A DNA stretch of 64,000 bases. It comes from a virus. Its lineage: Duplodnaviria > Heunggongvirae > Uroviricota > Caudoviricetes. The stretch lies in IMG/VR virus record IMGVR_UViG_3300042402_002792. The stretch is one strand, 5' to 3'. The notes below the pieces were generated by a model. That model had not been told where the DNA came from. It saw only the letters and a program-made list of their open reading frames with translations, and did no database searches. The translations under genes and the position numbers were made by a program. Positions 55,267 to 64,000 of this stretch are shown here, piece by piece (position 1 is the first letter of the stretch; each line of letters begins with the position of its first letter).

Positions 55267-55807
55267 TAGTGATGCATTTTCAGCGGGCCAAGTTGAAAGT
55301 AAGATTTGGGCCGCTGAAGAATTAGAACGTATTTCTGCCCATATCAACATCTTGCGTATTAGTATGCTAGGTGGTTGGTATGGGCTTTTTCATTTTATAC
55401 TTAAGACTCGTGGACGACAGCAAGTAGAATGGTGTCGTAGTTACGATTTAGATGCGAGTGCGTGTTCTGTGGCAAATACTGTTAATAACACCTGGAGTCA
55501 TGAATGGCAGTTTAGAGCTATGCCTAAAGATGCTAATGAACTCAACTTTAACGACGGCACTAACTGTATTGTAAATACTTCTACAGAACATTTTGGCAGC
55601 AACGAATGGTTTGATCATATTCCAGAAGGTTACCTATGTGTACTACAAGGCAACGATCTAAAAATTGATGATCATATTAACTGTCCAAAAAATTTAGAAG
55701 ATTTTAAAAAGAAGTATCCGCTTTCAACAATGTTGTTTGAAGGTACTAAACATTTCAATTTTGAAACAAATCCCTATACTAGATATATGATTATAGGTCA
55801 CAAATAA
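55250..55807 (+). CDS. Class I SAM-dependent methyltransferase-like protein
   Basis: SKIW..., MLGGWYG motif I, SYDLD and IVNTSTEH. Confidence 0.6.
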   Translation: MNLKIDSDAFSAGQVESKIWAAEELERISAHINILRISMLGGWYGLFHFILKTRGRQQVEWCRSYDLDASACSVANTVNNTWSHEWQFRAMPKDANELNFNDGTNCIVNTSTEHFGSNEWFDHIPEGYLCVLQGNDLKIDDHINCPKNLEDFKKKYPLSTMLFEGTKHFNFETNPYTRYMIIGHK

Positions 55808-56085
55808 TGGCTTTAAAAAACGGCAAGGTAAACAAACTTAATACTCTGGGGCTTAGAAAAGTTACTTTCCCAGCACATCATTTTCATTATACTAATATTG
55901 CAAAATTTACCCCTAGCTATCTTAAACGTATAGATACATGGATTTATAATAATCTAAATCATAGATATTATATAGGACAAGGCGTTGATCTAATAGATAA
56001 CACTATTGTCTTTGTTACTAAAATCGGATTTGAACAAGAAAAAGAATTAAGTTTCTTCAAACTTGCATGTCCTGATTTAACTTAA
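55807..56085 (+). CDS. Hypothetical protein
   Basis: Coupled ORF. Confidence 0.65.
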   Translation: MALKNGKVNKLNTLGLRKVTFPAHHFHYTNIAKFTPSYLKRIDTWIYNNLNHRYYIGQGVDLIDNTIVFVTKIGFEQEKELSFFKLACPDLT

Positions 56086-56126
56086 ATGATAACTATATGC
56101 ATACTTAATCCATTTAAGGAGATCAT

Positions 56127-56348
56127 ATGACCGAAGAAACAGTACAAGAAACTACGCAACAACCAGCAACTACTCAAGAATCTACAGAGTTAACGCTTAA
56201 CGATTTAGCGGCAATGAAGATGATTATTGATATTGCTGCTCAACGAGGTTCTTTTAAACCAAACGAAATGATACTAGTAGGACAAACTTACACTAAACTT
56301 GCTACATTTTTAGAATCAGTTTCTAAACAACCTAAACAAGGACAATAA
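56127..56348 (+). CDS. Hypothetical protein
   Basis: GATAACTA at 56088-56095; AAGGAG SD. Confidence 0.7.
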   Translation: MTEETVQETTQQPATTQESTELTLNDLAAMKMIIDIAAQRGSFKPNEMILVGQTYTKLATFLESVSKQPKQGQ

Positions 56349-56351
56349 GCT

Positions 56352-56993
56352 ATGGCTACTAATTTAAAACATGTAGGAAGAATTAAATCTACAGGTCGAC
56401 GTTGCATGGTTGTTTTTAGAACACTACCCAACGATGCTTTTAACTGTCTTATTATACAATCAGAAAGCTTAGAACCAGATTATCACGACCAACTAATTAG
56501 TCTAGTTGAATCGCCTGCGGCACAGAACGCTAATGAATTTAGTGAAGTTCTTGCTCGCTCAATGTTTTCTGATGGTAGCACTATGTTACCTAGTTTACAT
56601 GTCAAAGGACTATTAACTAAGGTTGCAACAGATCAAGTTGAATTAGTTCCAAATATGCAAACTACTATTTTGCTCTCAGACCTTAATCAAGCCATTGCAG
56701 AACAACAGGGTGTTAGTGTTCAAGATTTAGCCATGAGAGGTAGTCCTAAAGAAGCTGCCGAAGTTCAAGAAATTGCTAAAGTACAGAAAGTTCCGCCTAC
56801 AACTCCAGAACTAGACGAAGGTCGTACAACTAGCAGTTCTGTTAATCAACAAGATCAAACGTTTGAAACACCAGAGTCAGAAGCCAAGTATTATCGTAGT
56901 CAAGCAGATAAGCTAGCCAAACAAGCTGCCGATTTGCGTAGACGTGCAGAAGAACTTGTACCTACTAAGAAGAAAACCGCTGTAACGTCGTGA
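56352..56993 (+). CDS. Hypothetical phage protein
   Basis: LKHVGR...VVFRTLP motif; long ORF. Confidence 0.7.
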   Translation: MATNLKHVGRIKSTGRRCMVVFRTLPNDAFNCLIIQSESLEPDYHDQLISLVESPAAQNANEFSEVLARSMFSDGSTMLPSLHVKGLLTKVATDQVELVPNMQTTILLSDLNQAIAEQQGVSVQDLAMRGSPKEAAEVQEIAKVQKVPPTTPELDEGRTTSSSVNQQDQTFETPESEAKYYRSQADKLAKQAADLRRRAEELVPTKKKTAVTS

Positions 56994-57310
56994 CCAAGGG
57001 GAAGAAGTTCCCCGACGAAATCATAGAACATTGGCCTGAAGTTTTCGGCGATATAACTCTGAACGTTGTTCCTATACAATATTTAGAATCTATTACTGTA
57101 AATTTTAAAAACAAAAAAGTCTGGGAAATAAAGATTAATAATAGTCAAATTAAGGCCGATTGGGAATCTTTTGAGTCTAATCTTAAACAGATGTTAGCTA
57201 CTTACGAAAGTGATATAGAAAATGTTGATTTTAAGTTAGATACTACTAAGATTAAAAAAGACATGATTAAAGACACTAATAGATTTCTAAAAAGAAAAAA
57301 ATTAAGGTAA
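56990..57310 (+). CDS. Hypothetical protein
   Basis: GTG start coupled to upstream TGA. Confidence 0.65.
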   Translation: MTKGKKFPDEIIEHWPEVFGDITLNVVPIQYLESITVNFKNKKVWEIKINNSQIKADWESFESNLKQMLATYESDIENVDFKLDTTKIKKDMIKDTNRFLKRKKLR

Positions 57311-57909
57311 TGAACGGTGAACTTCATCCATTATTTCCTATACCAGTCTACAAAGAAAAACTTAGACTGTTATCTAAAGATGAATTAATTTTCCTAAACA
57401 ACTTAGAAGTATGTGAACAAACACTAGGAAATAAATCATCTGTTAATACTCATGTACTCGATAGTTTAGAACTTTGTTGTATTAAAAAACTAATAGAAGA
57501 AAAAATAACCGAGTACTGGAAGTCTTTTTTATTAATCGACACAGACATATACATTACAAATAGTTGGATTAACACAAACGATGTTAACCAACAACACTTC
57601 CTCCATAATCATAGTAATAGCATATTATCTGGTGTATATTATATCAATGTCGAAGATAGTTTACCGTTAATCACTTTTAACAAAATGCAATTGCCATTTC
57701 TGTTGAATTTTATACCTAAAGAGTTTACAATGTTTAACTCAACAGAATGGAGCATACCAGTTGAAAATGGTTCGTTGGTCATTTTTCCTAGTACGCTCTA
57801 TCATTATGTCAAACCAAATACTTCTAACAAAACAAGACTAAGTTTAGCATTCAATACGTTTGTTAAAGGTAACATTGGTTTTAACCAAGGATCAGAATTA
57901 ATATTATGA
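57310..57909 (+). CDS. 2OG-Fe(II) oxygenase-like (TIGR02466-type) protein
   Basis: NSWIN...HFLHNHSNSILSGVYY...IFPSTLYHYV...RLSLAFN. Confidence 0.8.
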   Translation: MNGELHPLFPIPVYKEKLRLLSKDELIFLNNLEVCEQTLGNKSSVNTHVLDSLELCCIKKLIEEKITEYWKSFLLIDTDIYITNSWINTNDVNQQHFLHNHSNSILSGVYYINVEDSLPLITFNKMQLPFLLNFIPKEFTMFNSTEWSIPVENGSLVIFPSTLYHYVKPNTSNKTRLSLAFNTFVKGNIGFNQGSELIL

Positions 57910-58589
57910 ATGTCAAACTTTTATCCTATTCACAGCCAACAGAAGAATTTACAAACTTAGGAATTACTGACGCTCAAGAACTTGTTGCTTACTGTGCTAG
58001 AGTTTCAAATCCGAGTAATCAACTTAATATCGAAACTTCAGAAAAGCTTATTCGCTATCTTATTAAACACCAGCACTGGAGTCCATTAGAAATGGTGTCG
58101 GCTTGTTTAGAGATTACGACAACAAGGGACATTGCAAGGCAGATTCTACGCCATCGTAGTTTTAGTTTTCAAGAGTTTAGTCAACGATACGCAGACCCCA
58201 CAAAGGACCTTAGCTTTGTTACAAGAGAAGCTAGGTTACAAGACACAAAAAATAGACAAAACAGTATAGAAATTGATCGTCTAAATGAAGAACATACTGC
58301 TATTGAGCGTGAATGGTACGAACGTCAAATAGATTTAATTGAATACGTTCGAGATACGTATACTTGGGCGGTTGCTAACGGTATTGCTAAAGAACAAGCC
58401 CGAGCTGTATTACCAGAAGGATTAATGGAAAGTCGTTTATATATGAACGGTACGCTACGTAGCTGGATTCATTTTATTGAACTACGTAGCGGCAACGGTA
58501 CACAAAAAGAACATCAAGAAGTAGCAAGAGCTTGTGCTTCTGTAATAGCTTCAGTATTTCCGTTAACTTCAGATTTAGTTTCTTCTTGA
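57906..58589 (+). CDS. thyX: Flavin-dependent thymidylate synthase
   Basis: HWSPLE and RHRSFSFQEFSQRY ThyX motif; AR.VLP. Confidence 0.93.
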   Translation: MNVKLLSYSQPTEEFTNLGITDAQELVAYCARVSNPSNQLNIETSEKLIRYLIKHQHWSPLEMVSACLEITTTRDIARQILRHRSFSFQEFSQRYADPTKDLSFVTREARLQDTKNRQNSIEIDRLNEEHTAIEREWYERQIDLIEYVRDTYTWAVANGIAKEQARAVLPEGLMESRLYMNGTLRSWIHFIELRSGNGTQKEHQEVARACASVIASVFPLTSDLVSS

Positions 58590-59659
58590 TCTAAAAACAT
58601 TTCTGGAGGAAACAATTTGATGTGCGCCTCAAATTGTTCTTTTAACCAGTTGTAATCATTAATCATAGCAAGGGCGTTTTTATCGCCCTTGTATGTTTTT
58701 CCGTACCACTCTCCTGCACTTGCACCACCTTTTACATATTCGCCTAAAGGTCGACTTCCGCCTTTTGAAGTCCAAGCTGAAAGACGTTCGTCTGTTTCTG
58801 TTTGCACTTGTCTATCAATAACACCCGATGCTAATTTAACACATTCTCTAAATGCGCCGCGCCAGGCGTTAAATGGGCTAGTTGCAAAGTTGTTAATGTT
58901 TGATATCTCATCCATTACTTTAATATTTGCACCAATACTAGTAGTAATGTCAACTGCGGTGTCTTCGTCAGCAGTTAAAATTAAGTGTTTTGGAATAAGT
59001 TTAACTCCACCATGACCGTATTCTAGATGATTAATAGGATTTACACTTTTCCAAATATGCACTACATCAAAATCCCATTCTGGAACTGTATAATGAAAAT
59101 CAAATGCGTCTATTACTGTCGCATCTGCGTCTACTACCCAGAAAAAGTCTGTATTTGATTGTTTAGCTGCTTCTAAGTGTGCATTAAAAATTCCTTTAAT
59201 ATCTGATATTACTTTTACATCAGATCGCTTTTCTTTAACATATCTTAAATTTTTTGATGCATTGTTTTCATCATAAGAAATAAAGAAAACATTAAAAGGT
59301 GTTGGTTTAATTGCGTCAGTTTTAATAACTTTCTTATCTAAAAAATCATTAGCAGTTTTATCAAACTTTACATCACGTGGTACTAGATAAGCCTTGGTAG
59401 ATTTAGATTCAAAAATATGTAGATATTCTTTATCCCAGGTTTCAACGTTGTATGATATTAAAGTGTCCCAACCTATAGTATCTAACTCAAAAACCCAGAA
59501 GAAATCAGTTTTTGATTCTTTTGCAACTTGGCTGATAAATTGAAAAATACTGCCAGAAATTAATTTAAATTTTGCGTGTGGAAATTTTTCAGATATAGTT
59601 TCTATTAATTCTCTATTGCTTGTTGTCTTTTTTCGATAATAAAAAAATAAGTCTTTCAT
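58514..59659 (-). CDS. GT-A fold glycosyltransferase-like protein (duplicated domain)
   Basis: FISYDE, FWVVDADA (DxD), GHGGVKL and AWR..FRE; paralog of 59656-60573. Confidence 0.7.
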   Translation of the reverse strand: MKDLFFYYRKKTTSNRELIETISEKFPHAKFKLISGSIFQFISQVAKESKTDFFWVFELDTIGWDTLISYNVETWDKEYLHIFESKSTKAYLVPRDVKFDKTANDFLDKKVIKTDAIKPTPFNVFFISYDENNASKNLRYVKEKRSDVKVISDIKGIFNAHLEAAKQSNTDFFWVVDADATVIDAFDFHYTVPEWDFDVVHIWKSVNPINHLEYGHGGVKLIPKHLILTADEDTAVDITTSIGANIKVMDEISNINNFATSPFNAWRGAFRECVKLASGVIDRQVQTETDERLSAWTSKGGSRPLGEYVKGGASAGEWYGKTYKGDKNALAMINDYNWLKEQFEAHIKLFPPEMFLDQEETKSEVNGNTEAITEAQALATS

Positions 59660-60573
59660 TCTTTTTCTAGGAATCCGTATCCTGTCCTATATTGTTGTAT
59701 GTGTACTTCTTTAAAAAATTTACTAGCATCTGCATCAAGATTTGCAATTTCTAAATCAAGTGTATTTTTTAATTCTGTTCCTAACCAGTTAATTCGATAA
59801 TCCAACTCAGTTGCAGGGCCGTGACCTTTATCTTGCCAGTGACTTGCTAGCCAATCAAAGTCTCGAACATTAACATAGTCCCAATCAGTACAGTTGGTCA
59901 TATAACAGCCTTCTCGGGCTCCTAATATTGCCCAGTCACCGTTTGGCGCATCTCTACCAACATTTAACCAAATTAACAAGCGTTGTAAATTTTTCCAATG
60001 GATTTCTTTTTTAAATTCTTTATTAGCTGTTTTAACTCCGCGATCTAAGCTCATCTTAACACCTTCACGGAAGCCTGCACGCCATGCTTGAAACGGAGTA
60101 GCATTATTGTAAACATCACTAAAACAACTATTCATTTGAATATACTCTGCATCCCAACAAAAGTCTACTTGAGCATTAGGATCATCGGCGGGTGCGTTTT
60201 CATGTGTTTTCATATCTAGCACATACTGTTTAGGCCATAATTTTAATCCACCATTGCCATACATTAGACCGTTAACTACGTTATACCCTGCCCATGAAAT
60301 TACACATTTTGATAAATCTTTGTGTTCGTCAAAGTCTAATTCTTGATTTAAAAAATCTTCACGTATAATATTGTCACCATCTACTGTGACAAATCGATCA
60401 GTTTCGCTTAATCTAGCACAGGCTTTATGTGCTTCGTCACTGCCTTTGACTCCGTGGACACGTTTAGCCCAAGGTACTTTTGCCAATAGATCAGCATAAT
60501 TTTTTTCAGCGTTTGGTTCGTCGTAGCTGAGATATATAATATCGTAATCTAAAATTTTAAATTTCTGTGTCAT
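59656..60573 (-). CDS. GT-A fold glycosyltransferase-like protein
   Basis: YLSYDEP, VTVDGDN (DxD), YGNGGLKLW and AWRAGFREG. Confidence 0.7.
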   Translation of the reverse strand: MTQKFKILDYDIIYLSYDEPNAEKNYADLLAKVPWAKRVHGVKGSDEAHKACARLSETDRFVTVDGDNIIREDFLNQELDFDEHKDLSKCVISWAGYNVVNGLMYGNGGLKLWPKQYVLDMKTHENAPADDPNAQVDFCWDAEYIQMNSCFSDVYNNATPFQAWRAGFREGVKMSLDRGVKTANKEFKKEIHWKNLQRLLIWLNVGRDAPNGDWAILGAREGCYMTNCTDWDYVNVRDFDWLASHWQDKGHGPATELDYRINWLGTELKNTLDLEIANLDADASKFFKEVHIQQYRTGYGFLEKE

Positions 60574-61180
60574 ACAATACCTGATATCCTGTTGTTGAAA
60601 AAAACTTTTTTACAAAGATTTTTTTGTTATTAAATTCATTATCTGAATTAAATTCTACATAAAATTTATCATTATAAAGCAAATCTGATAACTGAACTTT
60701 TATTGATCTAATTAATATGTTGAAGTTATTAGGATTAACTATAAAAATTTCAATTAGTGTGTTTAAATTATATTTTTTAAAAATTTCTTTTTGGTCTGGT
60801 CGTAACTGAAAACCCCATTTTTTTAACAATGGATAATTTTCTATAGTAAAAGTGTTATCCCAATGAGTAACTTCTTCTACTTCTTCAATCATAATTATAT
60901 CAACATCTTCTGTGTTTTTATTCACAATTGCCGGTGTAGTTTGATCTATAAAAATAACTTTATGATCATTAATAGATTTATTTTTTATAAAAAAATCTTT
61001 GACTAGGTCGTATTCTAATTCGATAGAATTTGTGTATTCAAAACTTTCTTCATTAGTAATTGATAATATATTACCAGTTTCTTTATCAAAGTAAACTTTA
61101 TATAAAGGAGGAACATTACTAATTTGTAATGCTGCCTGTAGTAATTCATAAGGAATAATGTCTTCTTCTGGATTATACAT
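60557..61180 (-). CDS. Hypothetical protein
   Basis: Coupled ORF; very AT-rich. Confidence 0.65.
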   Translation of the reverse strand: MYNPEEDIIPYELLQAALQISNVPPLYKVYFDKETGNILSITNEESFEYTNSIELEYDLVKDFFIKNKSINDHKVIFIDQTTPAIVNKNTEDVDIIMIEEVEEVTHWDNTFTIENYPLLKKWGFQLRPDQKEIFKKYNLNTLIEIFIVNPNNFNILIRSIKVQLSDLLYNDKFYVEFNSDNEFNNKKIFVKKFFSTTGYQVLYDTEI

Positions 61181-61997
61181 TTAGATTCTCTATAATTCTG
61201 TCAGTAAGAAACTTATCTTCAACATAATGCATTATTCCATGTTGTCTAATGTTGTTAAAATAAAGTTCACTTTTTTTATTAAAATTTATTAATGTTTGAC
61301 TAAGATAAGATTCTGGTATAGGATCCCATCCTTGTATAGCTGGTTTCATGTGAGTAAAAACAAACGGTGAGTTGACATTTGTAATTTCAGTATCTATACC
61401 TAAAATCTTTGCGGCAATGGCAACACTAACGTCCATACTATACCATTTTTGAGTATGTTTTGGTGTAATCTCGTAATAAATTTTTTGCCAGTTATATGTA
61501 ATAAACTCTAATACTTTAAAAAACTCTAAAGACTTATCTGACTTTTTAAAATAGTAAAGTCCTGAATATAGATTTGGTAATTCATTTTCAATAAATGTTT
61601 TTCTATATGTTGTATCAACAACTGTTCGATGTTTATAATCAACAACCTTTGATGTAAAAAATAAATCTCGACCGGTTGCATATGTCCATAAAGACTCCAT
61701 GTTTTCTAAAAATAACATGTCGGCATCAAGAACTATAGTTTCGTCGTACGGTGTGGCATGATATAGTTTCCATCTGTTTTCAACTTTCCACTGGCTATCA
61801 ACAGCATGATCACCAAATGGAATTGAAATAATTTTATCAAAAACTAGTTTGTATTCGTCTGGTACAACGTCATTAGTTACTAAACTAATATTATTAATAG
61901 TTGGTTGAAATTTCTTAATACTTAAAGCAAGAGCATACGCTTGCCTAATATAATTTATGTCACTGTTTTGTGCTAAAACTACGTACCCTTTTGTCAT
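61173..61997 (-). CDS. GT8-like glycosyltransferase
   Basis: TPYDETIVLDADMLF (DxD); terminal HY motif. Confidence 0.72.
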   Translation of the reverse strand: MTKGYVVLAQNSDINYIRQAYALALSIKKFQPTINNISLVTNDVVPDEYKLVFDKIISIPFGDHAVDSQWKVENRWKLYHATPYDETIVLDADMLFLENMESLWTYATGRDLFFTSKVVDYKHRTVVDTTYRKTFIENELPNLYSGLYYFKKSDKSLEFFKVLEFITYNWQKIYYEITPKHTQKWYSMDVSVAIAAKILGIDTEITNVNSPFVFTHMKPAIQGWDPIPESYLSQTLINFNKKSELYFNNIRQHGIMHYVEDKFLTDRIIENLNV

Positions 61998-62830
61998 TGT
62001 AGAACTCCATCTACAATTCTAGTTAAACTATATTTGTTCATAACATGAACATCAATGTTTGAAGTTTTTGTTGCTATGTACTCGCCTGCGTAGCTTTTCT
62101 TTTCTACTAAAAACTTTAATGAAGTGTCTTTAATATCAACTAAAATATCCTTATCTAAGATATAGTTCATTTTGCCGGGTAAGTTTCCAACAAACTCATT
62201 TCCCATCATATTGATAGCTATTGAAAATGCAAAATCATTTCTAAATGCTGTAGAGTCAATATTATACAATGCTCTATAATAACTCCAATTATTTTGTATT
62301 TGTTTTATAATTTGAAAAAATGCTTTTGTATAAGAAGTCTTTTTAAAATAAAAAGCAGTGGCCCAATAAAAAGGAACAGATAATTGATTAATATATCTAA
62401 AACTGCGATCATCTCGCCACTGAGCAATATCAAAACTATCTTTGTAAATTAAAAAATCAAACTTATTATCCCATATGTTTAACAAAGTTTTGCTTGAGAT
62501 AATGTAATCAATATCTATTACCAGTGTTTCATCGTACGGAGATAGATCAAAGCAGTCTGCTCTAGAAAGATTTTTCCACGTTAAAATCTTAGAAGCTAAT
62601 GTACCGTCATGGAATCGTTTTGTTTGATTTGTTTCTGAACTAATAGGAATAATTTTATCAAACAATGCTTGAGCAGTTGGCTGACTTTTTAATAGCCAAT
62701 CTTTACTGTCTGTAACAATACTTACAGGTACATTTAAAAATTGCTCAACTCGAATGGCTGCAAATACTGCTAATTTATTATAGTCAATATCTGAATTATT
62801 TTGAGCAAAAAGTAATACGCCTCGGGTCAT
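61994..62830 (-). CDS. GT8-like glycosyltransferase
   Basis: SPYDETLVIDIDY, FRNDFAFSIA and HVMNK; paralog of 61173-61997. Confidence 0.7.
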   Translation of the reverse strand: MTRGVLLFAQNNSDIDYNKLAVFAAIRVEQFLNVPVSIVTDSKDWLLKSQPTAQALFDKIIPISSETNQTKRFHDGTLASKILTWKNLSRADCFDLSPYDETLVIDIDYIISSKTLLNIWDNKFDFLIYKDSFDIAQWRDDRSFRYINQLSVPFYWATAFYFKKTSYTKAFFQIIKQIQNNWSYYRALYNIDSTAFRNDFAFSIAINMMGNEFVGNLPGKMNYILDKDILVDIKDTSLKFLVEKKSYAGEYIATKTSNIDVHVMNKYSLTRIVDGVLQ

Positions 62831-63180
62831 AGCTCAACTAAAGCCTCTACCTTTCTTTTTATTTTTAAATCTGCATATTTTGAAAGATAATCGTTAGTTG
62901 CTTCGGCGTATATATTTAAAATCTTTGTAAGAAATTCTTGAAGATTTGTTATATTAACTGGAATATTATTATCATCTAAAATAATAGATTCAGTGTTACC
63001 GACATCAATTAGTACTTTAACAAAAGAAATAAGTTCTTGATGTATTGTGAACGTAGCACCTTGTGTGTAATACACTAAACTTTGATTAAATTCTTCTAAA
63101 ATTACTCGTCTTAAATTAGACAAACTAGCCATATAGTTGGCTGTTTGAAACGCTTTTTCGAGTCTTTCATCCATAGACAC
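62827..63180 (-). CDS. Hypothetical protein (possibly fibre-assembly/DUF4376-like)
   Basis: AGGA SD suggests a start at ATG 63174; ILDDNNIPV motif. Confidence 0.6.
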   Translation of the reverse strand: MSMDERLEKAFQTANYMASLSNLRRVILEEFNQSLVYYTQGATFTIHQELISFVKVLIDVGNTESIILDDNNIPVNITNLQEFLTKILNIYAEATNDYLSKYADLKIKRKVEALVEL

Positions 63181-63231
63181 TCCTAGACATTACTGATAAT
63201 ACAGTAATTAGTCTAAGAGGCAATTAGTATG

Positions 63232-63999
63232 TTATAATCCTGACTGCGAAGCAGTAGGTGTAGCTACAGAAACATTTGATCCGGAAGGTCTATTTTGAGC
63301 TACGGTACTAGTAAGTGTCGGCTGGACATCTTCGTCAAAGGTTGGATCACCAGCGTCGTTATCTCTAAACTCAATTTGAAAAATTACTTGCGTATTATCT
63401 GCACTTTTTCTAGCATAGATATAATAAATGTTTTCAGCATATGCGCCAGCTGGTGCTAGTTTTTCTCCAATCAATTGATTAGAAGTTGTTAGATCTTCAA
63501 AACCGATCGCAGAACCTGTTGCACTTGATCCAGTGTATGTAGTAGAAGTATAGTTCATAACAAATGTTCCCATTTGTGTAAACATAGTATTCCATGCATT
63601 ATTTTTTGCTGTGCCGGTTGTAATACTTGCTGAGATTCTGAGTGTTCCGCCGGCATTAAAGAAATAACGTAAATTAGAAGCAGATCCGTCGCCTGAAGTT
63701 GCTCCAGTAATAGTTACTGTATGAGTTAATGTGCCGTTCCATGCAGACCCTCTTGTACCGGTAATTAACGTTTCTAAAGAAAGCTGGCCGCCTACATTAT
63801 CTGTGTCTACACTGTATCTATTACTTTGTATTGTAGAAGCCATATTAGCAAATTGTGACCGCAATGCTTCAGTAATTTGTGATCCACTAGCTGGCAGGAC
63901 TAAATTTCGACCGTCAGTTGCTGTACTTGTACCAACAGCACTACCAATTTGGTGTTGCCTAGCTTTAACCATATCAGTTCTAAGATTTAACCACTGAGC
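63232..63999 (-). CDS. Virion structural protein (5'-truncated by window edge)
   Basis: The frame is open to the window end (AQWLNLRTDMVKARQHQ...); RYFFNAGG motif; Thr/Ser/Gly-rich. Confidence 0.65.
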   Translation of the reverse strand, partial: AQWLNLRTDMVKARQHQIGSAVGTSTATDGRNLVLPASGSQITEALRSQFANMASTIQSNRYSVDTDNVGGQLSLETLITGTRGSAWNGTLTHTVTITGATSGDGSASNLRYFFNAGGTLRISASITTGTAKNNAWNTMFTQMGTFVMNYTSTTYTGSSATGSAIGFEDLTTSNQLIGEKLAPAGAYAENIYYIYARKSADNTQVIFQIEFRDNDAGDPTFDEDVQPTLTSTVAQNRPSGSNVSVATPTASQSGL

Positions 64000-64000
64000 A

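Noticed and set aside
980-63997. Numerous short opposite-strand or alternate-frame ORFs in the track (e.g. 28020-28499, 29101-29493, 36508-36861, 54319-54825)
   Set aside because: They lie wholly within well-supported genes, lack SD or promoter signals, and read as antisense shadows of low-complexity or biased codons.
1-64000. Stop-codon reassignment (alternative genetic code)
   Set aside because: Conserved genes (polB, clpA, thyX, folE) are full length in code 11 and genes tile densely with TAA, TGA and TAG stops.
1-64000. tRNA genes or CRISPR array
   Set aside because: No cloverleaf with TTC(G/A)A T-loop and no repeat-spacer periodicity in the short intergenic regions. The only tandem repeats are coding (2392-2451, 32042-32081).

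Overview
This window is a 64-kb segment of a large, AT-rich, T4-like (myovirus-type) bacteriophage genome in standard genetic code. The host is probably Gram-negative, inferred from spanin-like lipoproteins and a GH19 endolysin. Layout: (1-10 kb) tail fibre/baseplate genes and a virion-type subtilisin; (10-15 kb) DnaE fragment, GroES, MazG-like, cytidylyltransferase, clamp loader, dCMP deaminase, PhoH; (15.5-23 kb) lysis genes and a DnaJ-Def-ClpA operon; (23-32 kb) low-complexity, Glu-punctuated putative internal head proteins with Dps and GH19 lysozyme; (33-50 kb) family B DNA polymerase, sliding clamp, cation/H+ antiporter and a 7-deazaguanine DNA-modification cluster (TGT-fold DpdA-like, DpdL-type T-fold, FolE, QueE, glycosyltransferase; no QueC or canonical QueD seen); (50-58.6 kb) RNase H/FEN, MoxR AAA + vWA, methyltransferase, ThyX; (58.5-64 kb, minus strand) four GT-A glycosyltransferases downstream of a virion gene. 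The most striking unexplained signal is a ~90-nt structured intergenic element at 29921-30012. It carries segments matching universally conserved rRNA sites (23S helix 69-71 and the 16S 530 loop), antisense on the + strand and as an rRNA mimic on the - strand. No tRNA, CRISPR array, intein or mobile element was recognised. All family assignments come from motif recognition by eye, not from database searches.
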